Below, one piece after another: positions 13,711 to 25,798 of a DNA stretch of 25,798 nucleotides. The position numbers were made by a program, and so were the translations under genes. Position 1 is the first letter of the stretch; each line of letters begins with the position of its first letter. The stretch is from an uncultured bacterium (GTDB lineage: Bacteria; Macinerneyibacteriota; Macinerneyibacteria; Macinerneyibacteriales; DSCS01), in NCBI GenBank assembly GCA_964548195.1, contig CAZJQC010000018.1, positions 1-25,798 on the forward strand, written 5' to 3'. The notes beneath the pieces were generated by a model. The model had not been told where the DNA came from. It saw nothing but the letters and a program-made list of their open reading frames with translations, and ran no database searches.

Positions 13711-14886
13711 ATGGAAATCAACGACAAAATCATAATCAGTATGCGTGCCTCGAAAAAGGTCAGGTCCGGCTACCCCTGGGTATACTCAAACGACGTCCGT
13801 AACGGCAGGACACTGCCGCCGCTATGCGCGGCTCCTGTGGAGGATGAGACCGGTAAATACGCCGGTTTCGGGGTATTTAACAGAAATTCACTTATACAGC
13901 TGCGCATCATCACCCGCCGCCGGGATCCGGACATCGCGGGGCTGATACGCGAAAGAATACGCGGGGCCTTTGAATCACGACAGGAGCTCTATCCCGGTTT
14001 CTCCTCACTGAGGATGTTTTTCGCCGAATCGGACGGCCTGCCCGGACTGATCATCGATAAATACGAAGATAATCTCGTGATAGAGATGAACTCAAAGGGG
14101 ATGATGCCCTTTCTGGACGAGATAACCTCGGCCTGTGTGGAGATCTTTGCGCCGGTGTCGATCATATTGAAAAATACGGCCACCTCGCTCCGGCTTGAAG
14201 GCCTTGAAGAGGAAAAAAGGGTACTCTACGGGACTCCGCCGTCAGAGCTTATCATCAGGGAAAACGGCATATTGTTCCACATCGACCCTCTGAACGGCCA
14301 AAAGACAGGCTTTTTTTTCGATCAGAAGGACAATCGTCTCGCGCTGGCGCGCCTTTCCGGAGACAGGACTTTTCTGGACCTTTTCTCTTACACGGGAAGC
14401 TGGGGGCTGTACGCGCTTAAACACGGGGCAAAGAACGCGCTTTTTGTCGACAGCTCACCCGAGGCCTGCGCATACGTCAAAAGGAATCTCAGCCTGAACG
14501 GATTTAAAAACGGGGAGGTCGTGAACAGCGACGTCTTTGATTTTATGTCCGGCAACAAAGAGCATTTCGGGGCATGCAGCCTTGACCCTCCCGCATTTGC
14601 AAAGTCTGCGAAAGACATCAAAAACGCATCCAAGGCATATGTTCATCTGAACCGGAACCTGTTCAAGATGATGTCTCCCGGCGGTATAGCCGCAACGTCA
14701 TCCTGTTCATATCACATCTCGGACGCGGTGTTCGGTGAAATACTTGAAAAAGCCGCCTATGAATCGGGCCAAAGAGTGTTTTACGCCGGCGAAGCGTCTC
14801 AGGCAAAAGACCATCCGGTCCCGATCGGTTTTCCGGAGTCGCGTTATCTCACGACCCGTTTTATAAGAAGGAGCTTCCGGAGATGA
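13711..14886 (+). CDS. rlmI: RlmI/RlmK-family SAM-dependent rRNA methyltransferase (PUA domain plus MTase; probably m5C1962 RlmI-like)
   Basis: GYPWVY, ESDGLPGLIIDKY, GQKTGFFFDQKDNR, LDLFSYTG, DPPAFAK, catalytic SSCS, DHPV...PESRYL. Confidence 0.85.
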   Translation: MEINDKIIISMRASKKVRSGYPWVYSNDVRNGRTLPPLCAAPVEDETGKYAGFGVFNRNSLIQLRIITRRRDPDIAGLIRERIRGAFESRQELYPGFSSLRMFFAESDGLPGLIIDKYEDNLVIEMNSKGMMPFLDEITSACVEIFAPVSIILKNTATSLRLEGLEEEKRVLYGTPPSELIIRENGILFHIDPLNGQKTGFFFDQKDNRLALARLSGDRTFLDLFSYTGSWGLYALKHGAKNALFVDSSPEACAYVKRNLSLNGFKNGEVVNSDVFDFMSGNKEHFGACSLDPPAFAKSAKDIKNASKAYVHLNRNLFKMMSPGGIAATSSCSYHISDAVFGEILEKAAYESGQRVFYAGEASQAKDHPVPIGFPESRYLTTRFIRRSFRR

Positions 14887-15614
14887 TATCGGCCATATCC
14901 TTTGATTTTTGGAACACACTGTTCATAGGATATTCGCGGGACACTGTCGAAAGGGATTATCAAAGGAAGAAAATATTCGCCGACCTGGCATCAGATCACG
15001 GCATCAATATCTCACCCGAGGAATCCCGGGAACTGGCTGATGCGGTATGGAAATATTTTGACAAGGTCTGGTACTCCCAATGGCGTACGCCCGATGCCCT
15101 GGAACTGCTTGGTTTTATGTGTTCGGAAACAGGGATAAGCCCGGACAAAGGCACGATGAAAAAGACCGCCGGGATGATGGGCGACCTGATACTTGAGATC
15201 CCTCCCGCCGTGACCGACGACTATCTATTTTCGCTTTTGCCGGAACTGTCGCAAAGATTCAAGTTGAGCATCATATCAGACACGGGTTTCTCTCCGGGCG
15301 AGACATTGCGCAGGGTGCTTCATAAATCGGGGCTGGAAGAATATTTCTCAGCGTTCGCATTTTCGGATGAATTGGGAAGATCGAAACCGCATCACTCATT
15401 ATTCGACCATATTTTGAAAGGCGATCCCGCCTCGGAGCTCATACATATCGGCGACATAGGCGAGACAGATATAAAGGGAGCCAAGATGATCGGCGCGAAA
15501 GCCGTGCGGTACACTGCCTACAACGACTCGCCGTCCGAAGAGTACAAGGAGGATTTTGTCATGAGCAGCTGGTCGGAGTTCCCCGCCATATTGGAGACGT
15601 TAAACAGACGCTGA
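14883..15614 (+). CDS. HAD-superfamily hydrolase (subfamily IA)
   Basis: Motif I SFDFWNTL, motif II ISDT, motif III SKP, motif IV HIGD...DIKGA; ATGA overlap with the upstream gene. Confidence 0.9.
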   Translation: MISAISFDFWNTLFIGYSRDTVERDYQRKKIFADLASDHGINISPEESRELADAVWKYFDKVWYSQWRTPDALELLGFMCSETGISPDKGTMKKTAGMMGDLILEIPPAVTDDYLFSLLPELSQRFKLSIISDTGFSPGETLRRVLHKSGLEEYFSAFAFSDELGRSKPHHSLFDHILKGDPASELIHIGDIGETDIKGAKMIGAKAVRYTAYNDSPSEEYKEDFVMSSWSEFPAILETLNRR

Positions 15615-16154
15615 ATAAAGACGCGAGATCTCTTCCATACCGTCTACAAAACTCAGGTCCAATTCAAATCCGAACACCGTGTCCTTCAATTTTTTCCCTC
15701 TTCGCACATAAGGCATGGCGACCAGCACCCATTTAAGCGAGGCTGCCCTTTTTTCATCAAATCCCGTCTTAAAAGACTCGGCGACATAGGCCGTCAACAG
15801 CGGGACAAGTTCCGAAAACGGGACACGCAGTCCGCCGAAACCCTCCCCCTTTTCAAAAGCCACTCTGCTCTTGTCCTTTACCGACATCCTGTAGGAGGGA
15901 TCGGCTACGGATGTATGATCGCACATGATATATCCGGGCAAATAGAAATCGTTGTCTCTGAACCTTATCAGATAATAGGGAAGATATATATCGGCCTCTT
16001 TAACATCGGACGGCGTAAGCACATCCGTCTCATGCAGTCCGTTTTCACCGACTGAAAAATGGCGCCGGCAAGCCGGACACCAAAACAGAAGATCGTCTTC
16101 CAATCCCCGCAGCTGCCCGCCGCAGTGTTTACATCTTATCGAAATGACTTTCAT
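15600..16154 (-). CDS. Hypothetical protein with N-terminal zinc ribbon
   Basis: CKHC-x14-CPAC at the N-terminus, then YLPYY; start overlaps the end of hutI. Confidence 0.75.
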   Translation of the reverse strand: MKVISIRCKHCGGQLRGLEDDLLFWCPACRRHFSVGENGLHETDVLTPSDVKEADIYLPYYLIRFRDNDFYLPGYIMCDHTSVADPSYRMSVKDKSRVAFEKGEGFGGLRVPFSELVPLLTAYVAESFKTGFDEKRAASLKWVLVAMPYVRRGKKLKDTVFGFELDLSFVDGMEEISRLYSASV

Positions 16155-17379
16155 TTTTCACTATCGTCTTCCCGTTTTTTATGACCCTGGCGACATTGTT
16201 TACCGCATAGGTATAAAGCATATGTCTGTGATCCGGAATATCAAGCATAATAAGGTCGGCTTTTTTACCTTTTGAGATCACGCCTCTGTCATGCCTGTCC
16301 ACGGCGGCGGCGGCGTTCACCCCCACCGAGTTGAGGATCTCGCCCATGGTCATCTTCAAACGCATTGCGGCCAGATTCATTACAAACTGCATGTTGAAGC
16401 CGTGATTGCTGCCCGGATTATAATCGGAAGCGAGGGACACGGCCGCCCCCCCGGAGATCAGTTTCCTGACAGGAGCGTAGACCTCTGACATGAGAAAAAA
16501 GGAGGTGCCCGGCAGTATCGTGGCGATCGTGCCCGAGGCACAGATCGCGGAGATGCCGCTGTCCGTGATCCTCATCAGATGATCCGCGCTGACGGCATGA
16601 TGTTTTACGGCCAGCTCGGTACCGCCCAGCGGAAAAAGTTCATCGGCGTGTATTTTGAGTTTGAAACCCAGCTCCGCCGCCCTTCTGAAATACCGCTCTG
16701 TCTGCGTAAGTCCGAACACGCCTTTTTCAGTGAATATATCCGCAAACTCGGCAAGGCCCTCTTCTTTCACACGCGGCAGCATCTCCTCGCACACAATATC
16801 CATGTATTTTTCTTCAGTCAGTCCGTCGGGGATCTCATGCGGCCCCATAAAAGTCACCACGATCGTATCGGGATACTTTTTTTTCAGACGCCCTGCCACC
16901 CTGAGCATCTTTATCTCGTCTTCCGTATTCAGGCCGTAACCGCTTTTGACTTCCATCGTCGTCGTCCCGTATGAGAAAGCTTTAAGCAGACGCTTCTCTG
17001 CGGACTTAAACAGCTCCTCTTCCGAGAGCATGCGCGTGTTCATGACCGTATTCTTTATCCCGCCCCCCGATGCCGCGATCTCTTCGTATGAGGCTCCCTG
17101 AAGCCGCATCAGAAATTCTTCCGAGCGGTCTCCTCCAAAGACCAGATGTGTGTGTGAGTCGACAAAACCCGCCATGACAGTCATGCCCGAACCGTTTATG
17201 GTCTCGGCTGCGGTATAGGGAAGTCCCCTGCCGATCTCGTATATGATCCCGTTTTTTACCGCTATGTCGCAATGTTCAATTGTGCTGTACTTTCCGGCGT
17301 CAGCGCCTCTTGCTGTTTCCGTATGGCCCATGACTATCTCTGAACAGCCCGTAATAAGCAAATCGCATTTTTTCGTCAT
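16129..17379 (-). CDS. hutI: Imidazolonepropionase
   Basis: FVDSHTHLVFGGDRSEEF, GGGI, EVKSGYGL, KIHADE, SADHL, ASDYNPGS. Confidence 0.95.
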   Translation of the reverse strand: MTKKCDLLITGCSEIVMGHTETARGADAGKYSTIEHCDIAVKNGIIYEIGRGLPYTAAETINGSGMTVMAGFVDSHTHLVFGGDRSEEFLMRLQGASYEEIAASGGGIKNTVMNTRMLSEEELFKSAEKRLLKAFSYGTTTMEVKSGYGLNTEDEIKMLRVAGRLKKKYPDTIVVTFMGPHEIPDGLTEEKYMDIVCEEMLPRVKEEGLAEFADIFTEKGVFGLTQTERYFRRAAELGFKLKIHADELFPLGGTELAVKHHAVSADHLMRITDSGISAICASGTIATILPGTSFFLMSEVYAPVRKLISGGAAVSLASDYNPGSNHGFNMQFVMNLAAMRLKMTMGEILNSVGVNAAAAVDRHDRGVISKGKKADLIMLDIPDHRHMLYTYAVNNVARVIKNGKTIVKNESHFDKM

Positions 17380-18066
17380 ATTTCACTCCGATTCCCTTTA
17401 AACAACAAATCCACTGAACTCCGCCAATCATATTCGGATATTTCCAATACCTCTTTAGGGCATGCCCCGCGTGTGAATTCCGTATATACGGGTTTATGGA
17501 CGCCATCATTGCGGAATATAATCTGTTTTGCGGCATGCAGCCCGGACATCGCTGCCTTACGCTCATACTCTTTGCTGTTTTCCGCTATGTTTATCATACA
17601 AAAAACGCCGTCCTCATCCATCAGTGACTCCGCGGCAGAAAAAAGGTCTTCGGCCGGCAGGTAAAGATCATATATTGATATATTCCGATGTGCGCAGGGG
17701 CTTTTTCTGCCATGTCCCGACTTTCTGTACGGGGGGTTGGCAAAAACGACGTCATATTTTTTCCCGCCGCGCGCGGACGGGTCACGGACATCTCCGTTTA
17801 CAAACCGCAGGCCGCTTATTGAATTTATTTTTGCGTTCATCTTCGCAATAAGATAATAAAGCTCCTGGATCTCTATGGCGGTAAAACTTGCGTCCGGGTG
17901 TCCGGAGGCGGCGACAAGCGAACATATGCCGGTCCCCGAACCTATCTCATAATAGCTGTGTCCGCGGGCGTTAAGATAGACGGCCAGCAGAAGCGAGTCC
18001 GTGTTGAATCTGAAACCTTTCAGCGGCTGGAGTATCTTCAATCCGCCCAGCAAGGTCGTGTCAAGT

Positions 18067-18095
<29 letters not shown>
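17376..18095 (-). CDS. tRNA1(Val) adenine(37)-N6-methyltransferase-like (TrmN6/YfiC family)
   Basis: Start reassigned to the ATG at 18095. Q-x3-GFRFNTDSLLL, EIGSGTG SAM motif, AIEIQ, NPPY amino-methyltransferase motif. Confidence 0.85.
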
Positions 18096-20890
<2,795 letters not shown>

Positions 20891-20903
20891 AGACCCTCCG
20901 CAC

Positions 20904-22433
20904 CTATGCCTTTACCTGGACCGGATGCTTTTTTTTGATCTCCGCGAACGCCTGGCGGATGCCTTCCTTTGATCCATCATCCAGTTTTTTCTCCGTGGCA
21001 AGTTTCTTTATGATGTCCGGATATGCGCTTCTCATCTCGTCTATGGCCTTATCCAGGAAGGCCCCGGTAGCATCCACGGGTATGTCATCCAGGAAACCTT
21101 CCGTGCCCGCGAAGATGTGAAGCACCTGTTCTTCGGCCTTCATAGGCGCGTACTGGCCCTGTTTTAATATTTCGACCAGCCTTTTGCCCCTTGTGAGCTG
21201 GGCCTGCGTGGCTTCATCGACCTCAGAGCCGAACTGTGTGAACGCCTCAAGCTCTCTGAACTGCGCCATATCGAGCCTCAGCGTACCGGCCACCTGTTTC
21301 ATGGCTTTGAACTGGGCATTGCCTCCCACTCGGGAGACGGAGGTGCCGACATTGATGGCGGGCCGCACGCCGGAGTAAAAGAGATCGGAACTGAGAAATA
21401 TCTGTCCGTCAGTGATGGAGATGACATTAGTGGGTATATACGCCGAGATATCGCCGGCCTGGGTCTCTATTATAGGCAAAGCGGTAAGTGAACCGCCGCC
21501 GTCTTTTTCCGAGAGCTTTGCGGCTCTTTCAAGCAGACGCGAATGGAGGTAAAACACATCGCCCGGATATGCCTCTCTTCCCGGCGGACGCCTCAGCAGC
21601 AGCGACATCTCACGATACGCGGCCGCCTGTTTTGTGAGGTCGTCATAGACGATAAGGACGTCTTTTCCCTTGTCCATGAAATATTCGCCCATGGCGCATC
21701 CCGAATAGGGAGCTATATACTGAAGCGGCGCCGGATCGCTTGCGGTGGCTGCCACGACAACAGTATAATCCATCGCGCCGTATTTTTCCAATGTGTCTAT
21801 GGTCCTTGCCACGGTAGATCTTTTCTGCCCTATGGCTACATAAATGCATATCACGTCCGAACCCTTTTGATTGATGATGGTGTCAAGCGCTATGGCCGTT
21901 TTACCGGTCTGCCTGTCACCGACTATCAGTTCGCGCTGCCCCTTGCCAATGGGGATCATTGCATCTATGGCTTTGATGCCTGTCAGGAGAGGCTCCTTGA
22001 CCGGCTGACGCTTCACGATTCCGGGGGCGATCTTCTCCACCGGATAATAGACGTCAGAGACTATATCGCCTTTGCCGTCAAGAGGGTTGGCAAGCGGGTC
22101 GACGATACGGCCCAGCAGGTTATCCCCCACTTTAGTGCTCATTATCTTTCCGGTGGTCTTGACCTTGTCGCCTTCCTTGATCATGCGCGTGTCGCCAAAG
22201 ACGACTATGCCCGCGCTGTTTTCTTCAAGGTTAAGGACCACGCCCATGATGCCGCTTTCGAATTCCACGAGCTCATTGGACATGGCATTTTTAATGCCGT
22301 AGACCCTGGCGATGCCATCGCCGACTTCTATGACGGTCCCCACATCAGAAACGTCTATCGCCTTCTTGAAACCTTCCAGTTCCCTTTGAAGGATATCTTT
22401 AAGTTCTTCAGAGTTAATCTTCATAGACATCAC
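20904..22433 (-). CDS. atpA: F1 ATP synthase alpha subunit
   Basis: [48 protein letters not shown]. Confidence 0.99.
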   Translation of the reverse strand: MMSMKINSEELKDILQRELEGFKKAIDVSDVGTVIEVGDGIARVYGIKNAMSNELVEFESGIMGVVLNLEENSAGIVVFGDTRMIKEGDKVKTTGKIMSTKVGDNLLGRIVDPLANPLDGKGDIVSDVYYPVEKIAPGIVKRQPVKEPLLTGIKAIDAMIPIGKGQRELIVGDRQTGKTAIALDTIINQKGSDVICIYVAIGQKRSTVARTIDTLEKYGAMDYTVVVAATASDPAPLQYIAPYSGCAMGEYFMDKGKDVLIVYDDLTKQAAAYREMSLLLRRPPGREAYPGDVFYLHSRLLERAAKLSEKDGGGSLTALPIIETQAGDISAYIPTNVISITDGQIFLSSDLFYSGVRPAINVGTSVSRVGGNAQFKAMKQVAGTLRLDMAQFRELEAFTQFGSEVDEATQAQLTRGKRLVEILKQGQYAPMKAEEQVLHIFAGTEGFLDDIPVDATGAFLDKAIDEMRSAYPDIIKKLATEKKLDDGSKEGIRQAFAEIKKKHPVQVKA

Positions 22434-22984
22434 TCACCCTTCAGCATTTTTTCAATCTTTGACAGAGAACCCGCGACGCTTCCGTCATAGGTCTTGCCTT
22501 CAAGTTCAATACGGATCCCGCCGATGAGACCTTTTTCGATCTGCTCCGAAACGGAGATCTTTTGATTATTTTTAATCGATGAAATTTTGTCCGCAATGCT
22601 TTTTTTCTGCTCTTCGTTAAGGGGAAAAGGAGTGAACACGCGCACATCCAGCTCGCCTCTTGCTGTTTTAATAAGGTCTTCATAGGCTTCGGCCATCTCG
22701 GGAAGGGATTCAACGCGCCCCTTTTTAAAGACGAGGGCGACAAAATCCGAGACAAGGCTTGAACCGTTGTTATCTTCAAGCAGCCCCGCGATCACTGTTT
22801 CTTTTTTATCATGGCTGATATTCGGATTGGTCATAAAACCTGTAAATACCGGAACGGTGTCAAATGCCCGCCTGATGACAGCCATGCCCTTCAGGACGTC
22901 GTCGGCGACATCCCGGTCAAATGCCACATTAAACAAAGCCATGGCGTATTTGTTTATAACCGGATTATTTTTCAATAGAATCAC
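22430..22984 (-). CDS. atpH: F1 ATP synthase delta subunit (true start possibly TTG 22975)
   Basis: [15 protein letters not shown]...DGSV; lies between atpF and atpA. Confidence 0.95.
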   Translation of the reverse strand: MILLKNNPVINKYAMALFNVAFDRDVADDVLKGMAVIRRAFDTVPVFTGFMTNPNISHDKKETVIAGLLEDNNGSSLVSDFVALVFKKGRVESLPEMAEAYEDLIKTARGELDVRVFTPFPLNEEQKKSIADKISSIKNNQKISVSEQIEKGLIGGIRIELEGKTYDGSVAGSLSKIEKMLKGE

Positions 22985-23453
22985 CTGAATCTCTGAGGAA
23001 TTCCTTTATCATCCGGTCATGAAGCGCGGGGTCTATTTCTTTTTCCATGATCTTTGAAGAGATGGCCACCGCCAGGCCGGCCGCTTCTTTTCTCAGCTCA
23101 TCGCGGGCTTTGGCCAGTTCCAATGCGAGCTCTTTTTCCATCTTGTCTCTGAGCCGTCCGGATTCCTCACGGGCCGACTCCATTATGAGGTCTTTTTCCT
23201 TATGGGCTGTAGATGTGATCTCTTTGCGTATATTCTCTCCCTGCTCATAAGCATCGCTGATCATAGCGTCATATTCCGCTTTTAATTTTTCCGCCTCCGC
23301 ATGCATCTGTTCGGCGGAGACAATATTATCGGAGATCTCCTTGCGACGATTGTCAAGCGTTTCAAGGACCGCCGAATAAACCAGTTTTCTCATGAAGTAC
23401 AGCAATATGAGAAAGCCTATGACTTGAAATATTACGGTCCAGTTGACATTCAT
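22965..23453 (-). CDS. atpF: Fo ATP synthase subunit b
   Basis: N-terminal TM helix (WTVIFQVIGFLILLYFM), LDNRRKEI, then an Ala/Glu-rich coiled coil. Confidence 0.95.
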   Translation of the reverse strand: MNVNWTVIFQVIGFLILLYFMRKLVYSAVLETLDNRRKEISDNIVSAEQMHAEAEKLKAEYDAMISDAYEQGENIRKEITSTAHKEKDLIMESAREESGRLRDKMEKELALELAKARDELRKEAAGLAVAISSKIMEKEIDPALHDRMIKEFLRDSGDSIEK

Positions 23454-23466
23454 TATACACCTCTGC

Positions 23467-24950
<1,484 letters not shown>

Positions 24951-24958
<8 letters not shown>

Positions 24959-25331
24959 CTTTATTTCCCCTTTCCCTCCTTGACAGGATCAGCGCAAACA
25001 CGAATATGTATATTTGTGAAAAGATCACGCCGGATATGGCGGCGTATCCGTTCAGTCCTTCCGAGACAAAAGCTCCTCCTATAATGGCTGCTATTATCGA
25101 ATAACGCAAAAAAAGAAACATATACACAAAACCGCCGCCTTTTCGCTGTCCCACGACCTTTTCGGTCTGCAGGGCCAAAAGACGCCAGTTTATAAACATC
25201 GAGATGATGCCCGCGGCAAAACCCAGAGCAACGGGCTTGCCCAAAATAATGTATAATACCGTCACCAGTATAAGGGAGATAAAGATCAGAACCTTCCCCA
25301 GCAACATCTTGACGGTTGAATAATCGTACAT
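24951..25331 (-). CDS. atpI: ATP synthase subunit I (AtpI/UncI membrane protein)
   Basis: Four hydrophobic segments with FLRY, directly upstream of atpB; AGAGGAG RBS before TTG-ATG (25334/25331). Confidence 0.85.
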
Positions 25332-25351
25332 CAACGCTCCTCTTCGTTAAA

Positions 25352-25379
25352 ATTGTAACGATATAATCTGCTATTGCAA
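25352..25379 (-). promoter_or_regulatory. Putative internal promoter upstream of atpI
   Basis: The minus strand reads TTGCAA (25379-25374), 16 nt, TACAAT (25357-25352), in the 65-nt gap between atpZ and atpI. Confidence 0.5.
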
Positions 25380-25399
25380 GCATTTTTTTCCCATTAATA

Positions 25400-25633
25400 T
25401 TAACGATCTTCATCGTCCTTTTTCGTCTCTTCCAGAAACTTTTGAAAGATCCTGTAAGAGTTATACCCTGCGGAAAACAGCCCTACAAATATACCCGCAA
25501 CAGTAAAGAGGCCTTTGCTCCAAGCCACCTTTTCGTCTGCCCATGTTCCCAGCAGAAGAAAGAGCACAATAGAGATCACGACGACAAACCCGATATGGGA
25601 GAATAGCCCGAAATATTTCAGACCGTTGTTCAT
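25400..25633 (-). CDS. atpZ: AtpZ/AtpI-family two-TM protein
   Basis: HIGFVVVISIVLFLLLGTWADEK...LFTVAGIFVGLFSAGYN (G-x2-D between two TM helices). Start set at the ATG at 25633, 2 nt after the bactofilin stop. Confidence 0.8.
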   Translation of the reverse strand: MNNGLKYFGLFSHIGFVVVISIVLFLLLGTWADEKVAWSKGLFTVAGIFVGLFSAGYNSYRIFQKFLEETKKDDEDR

Positions 25634-25635
25634 CC

Positions 25636-25798
25636 TTATTTTCCGCCCATGCGGCATTTGCCATGGAGCAGGGCTCCCTCTTCGACAGACAGGCGTTCAG
25701 TGTTCACATCCCCTACAACCCGTCCTGTCGACTGTATTGTAAGCTGTCTATTTTCGAGTATATTGCCCTCCACAGCTCCTCCTATGATGACAGTCGGC
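25636..25798 (-). CDS. Bactofilin (CcmA / polymer-forming cytoskeletal protein), 5' end cut by the window edge
   Basis: Not in the ORF track. Manual translation gives PTVIIGGAVEGNILENRQLTIQSTGRVVGDVNTERLSVEEGALLHGKCRMGGK*, matching bactofilin beta-helix repeats (GxVxGNI, TGxVxGDV, LxVEEGA-x2-xGxCxM). Confidence 0.85.
   Translation of the reverse strand, partial: PTVIIGGAVEGNILENRQLTIQSTGRVVGDVNTERLSVEEGALLHGKCRMGGK

Noticed and set aside
21543..22490. 315-aa plus-strand ORF
   Set aside because: It lies antisense to atpA and has no recognisable motif; this is a typical shadow ORF.
24961..25413. 150-aa alternative-frame ORF over atpI
   Set aside because: It has no motif or membrane character, while the overlapping frame is a 4-TM AtpI with a good RBS.
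25660..25798. Possible tRNA, riboswitch or leader RNA upstream of the atp operon
   Set aside because: No cloverleaf or T-loop consensus is present, and the region is fully explained by the bactofilin reading frame.

Overview
Gene-dense bacterial chromosomal window from a diderm organism (it encodes BamD and several lipoproteins), almost all on the minus strand. From right to left: the 3' end of a bactofilin gene (absent from the ORF track), then an F1Fo ATP synthase operon atpZ-I-B-E1-E2-F-H-A-G-D-C, which runs on into a tRNA m6A methyltransferase, hutI and a zinc-ribbon protein. Next is a two-gene plus-strand unit (RlmI-like methyltransferase and HAD hydrolase). A long tightly coupled operon follows: TPR lipoprotein, bamD, nadD, LytR_C protein, rsfS, rlmH, lepB, rnr, tgt, tldD, pmbA/tldE-like, beta-propeller lipoprotein and a hypothetical gene. 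The window ends with rnz and an epmA gene that is cut by the left edge and also absent from the ORF track. The most notable signals are: (1) two c-subunit genes, one single-hairpin and one fused double-hairpin, with all three hairpins keeping a two-carboxylate Na+ site, which predicts a hybrid rotor; (2) a 53-aa highly charged tail on the F1 beta subunit; (3) a TldD/TldE-type protease pair in which both subunits have signal peptides; (4) an EpmA with an OB-fold-like N-terminal extension. I saw no RNA genes, CRISPR arrays or mobile elements. All calls come from manual motif recognition; no database searches were run.
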